A stretch of DNA of 64,000 bases from Bacteroidia bacterium (GTDB taxonomy: Bacteria > Bacteroidota > Bacteroidia > AKYH767-A > OLB10), in NCBI GenBank assembly GCA_020847635.1, contig JADLBQ010000019.1, positions 7,686 to 71,685 of the forward strand, in the 5' to 3' direction. This document shows, in pieces, positions 50,590 to 58,870 of this stretch. The notes beneath the pieces were generated by a model that was not told the DNA's origin, did not search any database, and saw only the letters and a program-made list of their open reading frames with translations. Position 1 is the first letter of the stretch; every line of letters starts with the position of its first letter. A program made the position numbers and the translations under genes.

Positions 50590-50817
50590 ATGATGCTGAA
50601 ATTTTTTGGACAACTTGCAGAGATTACCGGAAAAACTGAACTCAGTATTTCGCCTGAAGAAAATACCGAAGCAGTTATTAATAAAATGAAACAACAATTC
50701 CCAAAACTGAAAGAACAAACATTTCAGATAGCAGTGAACAGAATAATTGCTAAAGACAATCAGCAACTGGAGCCCGATAGTGAAATTGCATTTTTACCAC
50801 CATTTGCAGGAGGATAA
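50590..50817 (+). CDS. moaD: Molybdopterin synthase sulfur-carrier subunit
   Basis: 75 aa with a ThiS/MoaD fold and a C-terminal ..PPFAGG. The GGAGGA encoding the terminal Gly-Gly also forms an SD-like sequence 5 nt before the moeB ATG. Confidence 0.85.
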   Translation: MMLKFFGQLAEITGKTELSISPEENTEAVINKMKQQFPKLKEQTFQIAVNRIIAKDNQQLEPDSEIAFLPPFAGG

Positions 50818-50818
50818 C

Positions 50819-51952
50819 ATGTTAAGCAAAGACGAAATAGCGCGATACAACCGTCATCTGCTGCTTCCTGAAATCGGAATGGAAGGGCAGCAAAAACTGA
50901 AGCAGGCCAAAGTATTGGTTATTGGTGCAGGGGGTTTGGGTAGTCCGGCTCTCAATTACCTCTGTGCTGCAGGTGTTGGTAAAATCGGTATTGTTGATTT
51001 CGATGTGGTTGACATATCGAACCTGCAGCGTCAGATTTTATATAACATTAACGATATAGGTAAATCAAAAGCTGAAACAGCAGCAGAAAAACTCCGCAAT
51101 CAAAATCCGTTCGTGGATGTGATTGTTCATGCAGTAAAACTCAGCAATCAAAATGCGCTGGAAATAATTAATGAATACGATATTGCCATTGACGGCACCG
51201 ATAATTTTTCGACACGTTATTTAGTTAATGATGCCTGTGTGATATTGAACAAGCCATTGGTATATGGTTCGGTGTATCGCTTCGAAGGGCAGGTTACTGT
51301 TTTTAATCATACAGACAAAAACGGAATTAAAAGTCCTACCTATCGTTGTCTTTTTCCAAAACCACCCGCACCTGAAACTGCACCCAATTGCTCACAAATA
51401 GGTGTGTTGGGTATTTTGCCCGGAATTATCGGAAGCCTACAGGTATGCGAAACCATTAAACTCATTACAGGTATTGAAAAAATACTTTCAGGCCATTTGC
51501 TTTTATTTAATGCACTCAACATGACTTTCGATACACTTCAGATTTTTCGTGATGAGGATGCAGTAAAAACTGCACCTCACAATTGCGAGGAATTTTTAAA
51601 ATTCAATTATGATTTTTTCTGTGGCTCTGTTTCAACATCAAAAACAATTACTGCAACTGAATTGAAGAATTGGATAAATGAAAAACAACCGCTGCAATTG
51701 CTTGATGTAAGAGAAAAAGATGAGCAGCCCGAAATTGAGGCATTGAACGATATACATATTCCGCTTGCTGCTATTAAAGCCCATACCGGCATGATTGCAC
51801 GTGATAAAAAAGTAATTGTGTTTTGCCAAAGTGGAATAAGAAGTAAAATTGCCATTGGAATATTAGAAAACAACTTTGGATTTAATAACCTCTACAACCT
51901 TGAAGGAGGTGTAATGGAATGGATGCAACTAACGGAATTTCAAAAAACATGA
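50819..51952 (+). CDS. moeB: Molybdopterin-synthase adenylyltransferase/sulfurtransferase (MoeB/ThiF domain + C-terminal rhodanese)
   Basis: The start is MLSKDEIARYNRHLLLPEIG at 50819; the ORF track's 50747 start overlaps moaD. Nucleotide loop GAGGLGSP. Rhodanese active site CQSGIRS. Confidence 0.85.
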   Translation: MLSKDEIARYNRHLLLPEIGMEGQQKLKQAKVLVIGAGGLGSPALNYLCAAGVGKIGIVDFDVVDISNLQRQILYNINDIGKSKAETAAEKLRNQNPFVDVIVHAVKLSNQNALEIINEYDIAIDGTDNFSTRYLVNDACVILNKPLVYGSVYRFEGQVTVFNHTDKNGIKSPTYRCLFPKPPAPETAPNCSQIGVLGILPGIIGSLQVCETIKLITGIEKILSGHLLLFNALNMTFDTLQIFRDEDAVKTAPHNCEEFLKFNYDFFCGSVSTSKTITATELKNWINEKQPLQLLDVREKDEQPEIEALNDIHIPLAAIKAHTGMIARDKKVIVFCQSGIRSKIAIGILENNFGFNNLYNLEGGVMEWMQLTEFQKT

Positions 51953-52398
51953 CAGCGAGAAAAAAACATAACGTATTTATTGAAGGAGCAATATCACCTG
52001 CTTTTATTGCCGATTCAATTGCCAAGCACAGCACCAAAACCAATATTGGTGCACACGATATTTTTTTAGGCCAGGTGCGCAAAGATGAAATCAATGGTAA
52101 AAATGTTTATGCCATTGAATATTCCACTTACACTGAAATGGCTGAAGAAAAATTTCATGAGATAAGAGAAGCGGCATTTTCAAAATTCGATTTAACGTGC
52201 ATGCATATTTATCACAGCAATGGTATAGTAAAAGCCGGAGAAATAAGTTTGTTTGTTTTTGTATCATCAGCTCATCGCAACGCTGCATTTGAAGCCTGCC
52301 GATGGATAGTTGAAGAAATAAAAGCCAATGTTCCGATTTGGGGTAAAGAAATTTTTGAAGACGAAACGTATCAATGGAAAGAAAATACTAACAAATAA
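51949..52398 (+). CDS. moaE: Molybdopterin synthase catalytic subunit
   Basis: The ATG overlaps the moeB stop (ATGA at 51949-51952). Motifs seen: [29 protein letters not shown]. Confidence 0.85.
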   Translation: MTARKKHNVFIEGAISPAFIADSIAKHSTKTNIGAHDIFLGQVRKDEINGKNVYAIEYSTYTEMAEEKFHEIREAAFSKFDLTCMHIYHSNGIVKAGEISLFVFVSSAHRNAAFEACRWIVEEIKANVPIWGKEIFEDETYQWKENTNK

Positions 52399-52403
52399 AA
52401 CGA

Positions 52404-53312
52404 ATGGTTGACATCACACATAAAAACAACAGCTTACGCGAAGCAACAGCACAGGCAATAGTAAAAGTAAGCCGGGCAGAAACCATTGCCGCTATCAGAA
52501 ACAAAACCGTTCCCAAAGGCGATGTGTTTGAAATGGCAAAGACCGCAGGATTGTTTGCCGTAAAACGCACGAGCGATATGATTCCCGACTGCCATCCGCT
52601 GCCGGTTGAATTTGCAATGGTTAATTACCACATTCAGGATTTGGAAATACAGATTACCATGCAGGTGCGCACCGTGTACAAAACCGGAGTTGAAGTTGAA
52701 GTCATGCATGGTGCATCGGTGGTGGCACTCACCATGTATGATATGCTGAAACCGATTGATAAAGGGATTGAAATTCATTCTATAAAACTGCTTGAAAAGA
52801 AGGGAGGCAAATCTGATTTTACCGATAAGTTTAAAAAGGATTTAAAAGCAGCGGTGATTGTTTGTTCCGACAGCATATCGGCAGGAAAAAAAGAAGACAA
52901 AGCCGGCAAAGCCATTATTCAGAAATTAGAAAGTTGTAAAGTAACCGTTAGCGAATATTCCATCATTGCTGATGAACTTCAACAGATTCAAGAAAAGGTT
53001 AAATCACTGTGTAATAGAAATGATTTAATTCTGTTAACCGGAGGCACGGGACTTTCAACACGCGATACCACACCCGAAGCCATTCAACCATTGCTAGAAA
53101 GAGAAATACCGGGCATTATGGAAGCTGCCCGTAATTATGGTCAGCAGCGCACACCTTACTCCATGTTGTCGCGCGGTGTGGCCGGCATGATTGGCAGCAC
53201 ATTGGTGATTACTTTACCCGGTTCAACCAAAGGAGCAAAAGAATCTATGGATGCTTTGTTTCCTTCGGTGTTGCACATTTTCAGAATTATTGAAAACGCA
53301 CAACACGATTAA
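52404..53312 (+). CDS. moaC: Bifunctional MoaC (cyclic pyranopterin monophosphate synthase) / MogA-MoaB (MPT adenylyltransferase) fusion
   Basis: 302 aa. The N-terminal half has MoaC blocks ([22 protein letters not shown]; [21 protein letters not shown]). The C-terminal half has MogA blocks ([17 protein letters not shown]; [11 protein letters not shown]). Confidence 0.85.
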   Translation: MVDITHKNNSLREATAQAIVKVSRAETIAAIRNKTVPKGDVFEMAKTAGLFAVKRTSDMIPDCHPLPVEFAMVNYHIQDLEIQITMQVRTVYKTGVEVEVMHGASVVALTMYDMLKPIDKGIEIHSIKLLEKKGGKSDFTDKFKKDLKAAVIVCSDSISAGKKEDKAGKAIIQKLESCKVTVSEYSIIADELQQIQEKVKSLCNRNDLILLTGGTGLSTRDTTPEAIQPLLEREIPGIMEAARNYGQQRTPYSMLSRGVAGMIGSTLVITLPGSTKGAKESMDALFPSVLHIFRIIENAQHD

Positions 53313-53323
53313 TAAATTGGATT

Positions 53324-53713
53324 ATGATTATAACAGATTTTAAAGACAATTACCTGATGTATGAAAACATGCTCATCAGGGAATTTTCTTCATTTGAAGA
53401 ATTTTTAGGTGTGCATGAAATGCTCAAACAAATATTTTCAGATGAGTATGGTTTTACATACGAAGAGCGAAACAAACCCGGGAACAGCTTTAGCGATACT
53501 CCGGTAGAAGCTATAAATAAACTGCTGGATTACTTTGGCGATAAATACTTTTTTGTGTTCACCTTGAACGATGCACATTATTATTATTTGCTGGAATTAC
53601 AAGATAAAAAAATTATTAATTTTGGTATAGATTTAAAGACACTTGATGCGCGGAAGGTATATGTCCTTGAAATGGATAAGACAAAGGAGCTGAAGAGGTA
53701 TGATACAATTTAG
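53324..53713 (+). CDS. Hypothetical protein
   Basis: 129-aa ORF tightly packed after moaC/mog. No motif recognised. Confidence 0.45.
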   Translation: MIITDFKDNYLMYENMLIREFSSFEEFLGVHEMLKQIFSDEYGFTYEERNKPGNSFSDTPVEAINKLLDYFGDKYFFVFTLNDAHYYYLLELQDKKIINFGIDLKTLDARKVYVLEMDKTKELKRYDTI

Positions 53714-53722
53714 ATAAAGGAA

Positions 53723-54145
53723 ATGGCTGATCAGTCTGTCTGGAAGGAAAATCTGAAATACCACCGGTTTGTGGTATATGTAATTATCCTAATTTTTATC
53801 TGGTTAACTTACAATTTCAGTTCGGGCAACTGGAGTTACGAGAATGGTCAACCGAAAATAAGCGGACAAAAAGTTAATGGAAAGGACGAAGGCACCTGGA
53901 CCTGGTTTTACGAAAACGGGAAGAAGCGTATGGAAGGCGATTTTAATAATGGAAAGCGTAACGGCATTTGGACTATCTGGGACAGCACAGGTAATAAGTT
54001 AAGCGAAACCACTTATCAGAATGATAAACTCAACGGTAAATTCACCCGCTGGTATTCCAATGGAAGAATTGAAAGCGAAGGAACTTATAACAACGACACC
54101 ATTCATACCGTAACTTATTATAATACCGATGGCAGCAAAAAGTAA
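53723..54145 (+). CDS. MORN/YwqK-type repeat protein with N-terminal membrane anchor
   Basis: 140 aa with TM helix FVVYVIILIFIWL. It has repeats of the form NGK.EG.WT.FYENGKK..EG.F.NGKRNG.WT.W (YwqK 'toxin-antitoxin antitoxin' family repeat). Confidence 0.6.
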   Translation: MADQSVWKENLKYHRFVVYVIILIFIWLTYNFSSGNWSYENGQPKISGQKVNGKDEGTWTWFYENGKKRMEGDFNNGKRNGIWTIWDSTGNKLSETTYQNDKLNGKFTRWYSNGRIESEGTYNNDTIHTVTYYNTDGSKK

Positions 54146-54151
54146 GCATCC

Positions 54152-54643
54152 TCACTCAGGCAATTCAAATTCTGTTTCTCTTTCTTTTTGAGTAAACGTA
54201 TTTTTAAGTTTTATCTTCATAAAAGCAGTATCCCCTTTCTTAAAATGATACCTGTCGGTTACACGGCATTCGGTTTGATTTCCTTCTGCGTCTTTTTCAG
54301 TTATTAAATCACCGATGCGCGGCATAAAAGGATAACGAATGGTTAACTTTTCATCTTCAGTAAGAACCATAGGAAGTGCTGCTTCGAAGATAATTTCTTC
54401 AAATTTTTCAGCAAGTATTTCATCATTTATTTCTTTTCTGGCTTTGTCAGAAATAGCACCACTCCAGTCAAGCAGTTTATGTGTCGCTTCCTGCTTTAAT
54501 CTTTCGCGGATGTATTCAGGGAAAGGAGAGCGCAGGTGATCTGAGTCGGAAAACCAGAATTCAAAAGCCGCCTTCACCATTTCAGGTTCAATGTAATTTT
54601 GTGCATTAATTCGTTCTTCTATGGATTTCATTTCCTGAATCAA
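54152..54643 (-). CDS. Hypothetical acidic protein, last gene of the moaA-containing minus-strand operon
   Basis: 163-aa ORF starting 15 nt downstream of moaA. No motif recognised. Confidence 0.45.
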   Translation of the reverse strand: MIQEMKSIEERINAQNYIEPEMVKAAFEFWFSDSDHLRSPFPEYIRERLKQEATHKLLDWSGAISDKARKEINDEILAEKFEEIIFEAALPMVLTEDEKLTIRYPFMPRIGDLITEKDAEGNQTECRVTDRYHFKKGDTAFMKIKLKNTFTQKERETEFELPE

Positions 54644-54658
54644 TTATCATGTTATGCG

Positions 54659-55663
54659 TCAACCTCCGATGGCTACCATTGCACGGTTTTGTTCATGCAG
54701 TGTCGGGTTGCTATAATCTTCAAAAGTAGTCATGCCGCCACGGCTGGCCTTTTTATCCCAAACATTATTGCGTATAAGTTGTGTTATGTCCATTCTGTTT
54801 CGCAGTGCAGTGAGCAAATCGGTTTCGGAATTGGAGAACAAACAGTTTTTAATTTTACCATCAGCAGTAAGTCGCAAACGGTTGCAGGTATCACAGAACG
54901 GATTGGTAACCGATGAAATAATTGCAAATGTGCCTTTGTAATTTTTTATCCGATAGTTTTTTGCAGTGTCGTTTTTTGCATCTTCAATTTTCATTATGTT
55001 ATTTCCATAGTGTGCGTGTATATCTGCCATTACTTCATCATAGGAGCAGCCCTTACTCCAATCCCACTTGTTGCCGTTAAATGGCATAAATTCAATAAAG
55101 CGGTAATGCACTGGCTGATCTTTGGAAAATTCAATAAAATCTACCAGTTCATCATCGTTCATTCCTTTAATGATAACTGCATTGAGCTTTACATGAAAAT
55201 TGTTTTGCATCAGCAGCCGTATGTTTGAAATTACTTTGCTGAAATAATTTCGTCTGGTAATGGTATTGAATCGTTCTTCCTTCAGCGAATCCAAGCTAAC
55301 ATTAATGGATTTTACTCCACATGCCATAAAAGTTTCAATGAATGTATCAACTAAAATGCCGTTGGTTGTAATGGCTAATTCAACCGGCAATTGCGATAAA
55401 TCTTCAATAATTTCTTTTGCATCCTTACGCACCAATGGTTCGCCACCGGTTAGTCTTATTTTTTTTACGCCAAGGGCAACAAAAATTTTTGCAATTTGAA
55501 TTACTTCACTCCTTGTCATGAACTCAGCACGCGGGCGAAGCACAATACCCTCTTCCGGCATGCAATAGTTGCAGCGCAGGTTACATCGCTCAGTGAGCGA
55601 AATGCGCAGGTAATTGTGTACCCTTCCGAATTTATCAATCAATATGTTGGTTGCAGATGTCAT
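54659..55663 (-). CDS. moaA: GTP 3',8-cyclase (radical SAM)
   Basis: 334 aa. Radical-SAM motif CNLRCNYC. Auxiliary cluster CDTCNRLRLTADGKIKNC. C-terminal Gly-Gly. Confidence 0.9.
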   Translation of the reverse strand: MTSATNILIDKFGRVHNYLRISLTERCNLRCNYCMPEEGIVLRPRAEFMTRSEVIQIAKIFVALGVKKIRLTGGEPLVRKDAKEIIEDLSQLPVELAITTNGILVDTFIETFMACGVKSINVSLDSLKEERFNTITRRNYFSKVISNIRLLMQNNFHVKLNAVIIKGMNDDELVDFIEFSKDQPVHYRFIEFMPFNGNKWDWSKGCSYDEVMADIHAHYGNNIMKIEDAKNDTAKNYRIKNYKGTFAIISSVTNPFCDTCNRLRLTADGKIKNCLFSNSETDLLTALRNRMDITQLIRNNVWDKKASRGGMTTFEDYSNPTLHEQNRAMVAIGG

Positions 55664-56331
55664 TGATATTTGCTCATTTCTTTTTCAATTGCAGCAAACT
55701 CTTCTTTAGTTATATGTTTTTGGGCTAACGGAAATAGCGTATAGTCTTCACGGTAGATATGCAACTTCAGCAGTTCAATCAGTTCGCGTCCGTTTTCATA
55801 AGCCGTATCCAAAACAAATATCCGCGAAGTTTCATCTTTCAGCCGTGTAGCCAAACCGAGAAAATTAAAAGTAAGTGCACCCAACTGAATAAATTTGATG
55901 TGATCATCTTCCATTACATCAATTGCTGTTGGAGGATTTTTACCAATACCATGTTCACCAATCTCAATCAGCCGTTTGTGAAGCAGCGGAAAAAGTTCTT
56001 TTTCTTCTTTGCTGTTATGTGGAAGCAGGTTGTTATCAAAAAAATTAAAAAACTCTTTAAAGGTATCATTAATTGCTTTATCAAGTTTGTATCCATTGGT
56101 TTTAAACTGTACCAATGCTTTTTCGAACTTTTCAATTTTAGCAATGGCATTTTTATGTTCGTTCATAAAAATCTGAATCGGCTTTTCCATACTGTCGAAA
56201 TCAATGTCTACTTTGCCGGGTTGCTCATAAGCTGCAGGAGGATCCATTGGTGAGTTTTCCGTCTGTTCTAATCCTTTCTCCACATTGCGTTTCAGCGGAT
56301 CTGTTTTTGTTAAATGTTTTAAGTCTGCCAT
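55660..56331 (-). CDS. Hemerythrin-like (HHE cation-binding) domain protein
   Basis: 223 aa. His/Glu-rich helices: FMNEHKNAIAKIEKFE, HNSKEEKELFPLLHKRL, MEDDHIKF, LKLHIYREDYTLFP. Its stop overlaps the moaA ATG (ATGA on the minus strand at 55663-55660). Confidence 0.6.
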   Translation of the reverse strand: MADLKHLTKTDPLKRNVEKGLEQTENSPMDPPAAYEQPGKVDIDFDSMEKPIQIFMNEHKNAIAKIEKFEKALVQFKTNGYKLDKAINDTFKEFFNFFDNNLLPHNSKEEKELFPLLHKRLIEIGEHGIGKNPPTAIDVMEDDHIKFIQLGALTFNFLGLATRLKDETSRIFVLDTAYENGRELIELLKLHIYREDYTLFPLAQKHITKEEFAAIEKEMSKYQ

Positions 56332-56376
56332 ACCGTTATGTATTATTGCAAATTACGAAATAGTTTTTCAATTAAA

Positions 56377-56394
56377 ATATGACTGTTGTCATAT
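56377..56394. promoter_or_regulatory. FNR/CRP-class palindrome ATATGAC-TGTT-GTCATAT upstream of hemerythrin-moaA
   Basis: Perfect 7-N4-7 inverted repeat containing TGA-N6-TCA. Its centre is 54.5 nt upstream of the hemerythrin ATG. Confidence 0.4.
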
Positions 56395-56411
56395 CAGGGT
56401 GAATCTTCAAA

Positions 56412-57713
56412 TTATTGTAAAAAGTTTGGTTCCAGAATTACCATTAGGAAAGCCCAGTTTTGAGTAACCTTATAGTTTCCGCCTTTTAGTTCCTGCATGG
56501 TTCTGGTTGCAAACATTTGAGCATAGCCCAGCTGGACATTAACCTGCTGGCTAAGTGTATAATTGCAGGTTAGATCAACTTCAGTTCCAAGCTTGTTGTT
56601 CATTGCAGAAATCTGACCCGTAGTATGATACTTGTCGCTATCCAAGACCGGAGCTGCTGCCAAGAAGGAATGAATGGCTATAGCTGCCCACCAGCGTGAC
56701 TGGTAAAACTTCAATCTGAAATAAGCATCTTGCAGTCCGACACTGTTAAAATGGTTGTTAGCGTAGAAATAGTCGATCAGCCCGTTAAACTTGTGGCCTG
56801 CACCGTAATAGGCATTGAAGGAATGATTCACACCGGAATAGGCAGAGGAAGTGTCAGTCTGGCTCTGTCCGGAACTTTGCTCAAATCCAAGATCTATAAT
56901 TATGCTTTTTGTAATGGAGTAGCTTACTTCAGCTCCAATCAGGAAAGCTTTGACGTTTCTGATTTTCTTGTTTGTTACCGAAGTGAAATCATTACCGGTC
57001 TGGGCATACAAATTCAAGGCGCCAAACCACTTGTCGCTCCGGATTTCAGTATGTGTTCCAAAGGTTTGATGATAGCGGGTACTGTTGACGCTAACAGGTG
57101 ATTGCCGTCCATCATTTAGTAATAACAAACTGATATTAAAATTTTTCAGTTTTTTATTCAGCCAAAAAAACTGCATTTGTTTATAACCTGGGGTAACTGT
57201 ATAGGCAGTAGCAATTGCTGATTCAGCATTTTGGTTATATGCAAAGCCTACATGTGCTGAAAAGGTTGTATCCGTAAATTTAAATAGCAGTAAGTCATGG
57301 CTTTTTCCCTGATGAGACCAATTTCCTGGATCAAAGATTCTGATGTCATCGTATTTAAGCTCTTGTCTTCCGAACCGGGCAGAAACTTTTTTGCTGAAGA
57401 AATACTCAGCCCAGGATTGATGAAAGGAAGTGAGGCCATCGGAGATGACAGACTGAGGCTGACTTCCCCAGGTTCTAACATCCTGTAGGGTAATTCCAAT
57501 CCGGAATTTTTTAGATAAATAACCAAAATTCAGCCGGGTACGTTGCGATATAAAGGCAGTACCGCTTTCTGCAGAATCAATTAATGATTTAAAGCCGTGC
57601 CTGTATTCGAACCGGGGTCTAAGTTCACCGGTTAAAGTTGTTTGGGCATTAACCTTCTGAATGATAATGAATAGGACAGCAAGTTGAACATACGCTTTAA
57701 AAGTTATTTTCAT
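56412..57713 (-). CDS. Alginate-export-family (AlgE-like) outer-membrane beta-barrel porin
   Basis: 433 aa with a signal peptide (..IIQKVNAQ). It starts GELRPRFEYRHGF, has alternating beta-strand pattern throughout, and a C-terminal aromatic residue. The family call is from recalled resemblance. Confidence 0.55.
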   Translation of the reverse strand: MKITFKAYVQLAVLFIIIQKVNAQTTLTGELRPRFEYRHGFKSLIDSAESGTAFISQRTRLNFGYLSKKFRIGITLQDVRTWGSQPQSVISDGLTSFHQSWAEYFFSKKVSARFGRQELKYDDIRIFDPGNWSHQGKSHDLLLFKFTDTTFSAHVGFAYNQNAESAIATAYTVTPGYKQMQFFWLNKKLKNFNISLLLLNDGRQSPVSVNSTRYHQTFGTHTEIRSDKWFGALNLYAQTGNDFTSVTNKKIRNVKAFLIGAEVSYSITKSIIIDLGFEQSSGQSQTDTSSAYSGVNHSFNAYYGAGHKFNGLIDYFYANNHFNSVGLQDAYFRLKFYQSRWWAAIAIHSFLAAAPVLDSDKYHTTGQISAMNNKLGTEVDLTCNYTLSQQVNVQLGYAQMFATRTMQELKGGNYKVTQNWAFLMVILEPNFLQ

Positions 57714-57765
57714 GCACAGTATTTTAGGGAATAGCTTTGTTCAGGTGTTGAGTTAAATCGGAAGG

Positions 57766-58818
57766 TTATTTTCTAAACAACTTAAGCAGATTTGAAAGGA
57801 GTCCGATAAAGGCTGCCAACCAGGCAAGCAATGTTATATAAACAAAATACTGAGGAACCGGCAGCAAGAAATTGAGATGCATTGCCTGGGCCATTCTCAG
57901 AGTTGAAACAGTGTACATGCCCAGCGGGAACACAGCTCCCCAGTATAGCGGATCATAAGTGAGTGGAAATTTCTTTGCAATATGTCGCCAGGCTGCCAGA
58001 ATGAATAGCATGGGAAGCCACCAGGTACCGGTAACCCAGTAAAAAACAGTAAACCCTTTCAGAAAAGGCAACAACGATTCAAGGAAGGGTGCATGGTTAA
58101 CATGCAGGATGAGCATAGAACCGACAAGAGTTGAAATGGCCATAGCACCCATGTTAATCCAATAGGGTGGAGCCAAATCACTTGGAAGAAATTCAAAGAA
58201 CGTATAGCGATAAAAAATTAAAGATATCATCCAGATATACAGCATTCCTCCCCATAGCCACATTGAAAGAGCAAAGAAATTGGCCTGAAGTTTAAAAGGT
58301 TGTTCCCAGTGAGAAGCAACAAGAGTAGTAAGTACGGCTACAGCCTGAGTAGAGACAACAGCCAGGAGCCAGCCTCCGGTAATACCTTTTGCCAAAACAG
58401 GTTTTTTTTCTTTGATTGTTAACACTGTAAAAATAAGATAGGTCATTCCCACCCATAGAATCACACCAAGGATCCAAAGAATCTGAGCAATTCTGTAATT
58501 ATCAGCAATAATGATAAATTGGCCACCCACAATACAGGTTGCCGCTACTGCAGTAAAAAATCCCATTCCGGCCTGGTGATTATAAAGATCATCCAGAAAT
58601 AAGGCAGTGTATCTGAATAACCGGATTAGGTTTAAAATCCACAGAATAATAAAGGCAGCAATATTAAAAGCGAATAAAATAATTGCCAGTGTATGCATTT
58701 CTGACACCTCAGCAGCAACAGAAACGATACCCGTGGCCATAACCAGTCCAAAATAGGCAGGCGACAGCTGCTTAATACCCTCCCTGGCGTTTCTAAGGAA
58801 CCCCGATGATTCAGCCAT
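57766..58818 (-). CDS. TehA/SLAC1-family (tellurite-resistance/dicarboxylate transporter family) anion channel
   Basis: 350 aa with about 10 TM helices. The N-terminal LSPAYFGLVMATGIVS motif is typical of the family. Confidence 0.6.
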   Translation of the reverse strand: MAESSGFLRNAREGIKQLSPAYFGLVMATGIVSVAAEVSEMHTLAIILFAFNIAAFIILWILNLIRLFRYTALFLDDLYNHQAGMGFFTAVAATCIVGGQFIIIADNYRIAQILWILGVILWVGMTYLIFTVLTIKEKKPVLAKGITGGWLLAVVSTQAVAVLTTLVASHWEQPFKLQANFFALSMWLWGGMLYIWMISLIFYRYTFFEFLPSDLAPPYWINMGAMAISTLVGSMLILHVNHAPFLESLLPFLKGFTVFYWVTGTWWLPMLFILAAWRHIAKKFPLTYDPLYWGAVFPLGMYTVSTLRMAQAMHLNFLLPVPQYFVYITLLAWLAAFIGLLSNLLKLFRK

Positions 58819-58870
58819 TAATATTAAAATGCATTTGCAAATGTAAGTTTACGAATGTCAAATTGGTTTT

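Noticed and set aside
50747-50818. Long N-terminal extensions in the ORF track: moeB from 50747, ispE from 39875, moaE from 51919, the PKD protein to 25489, and the S8 protease to 36643.
   Set aside because: The extensions overlap upstream genes or add residues before clear signal peptides or homology starts. Internal ATGs give canonical N-termini and operon junctions.
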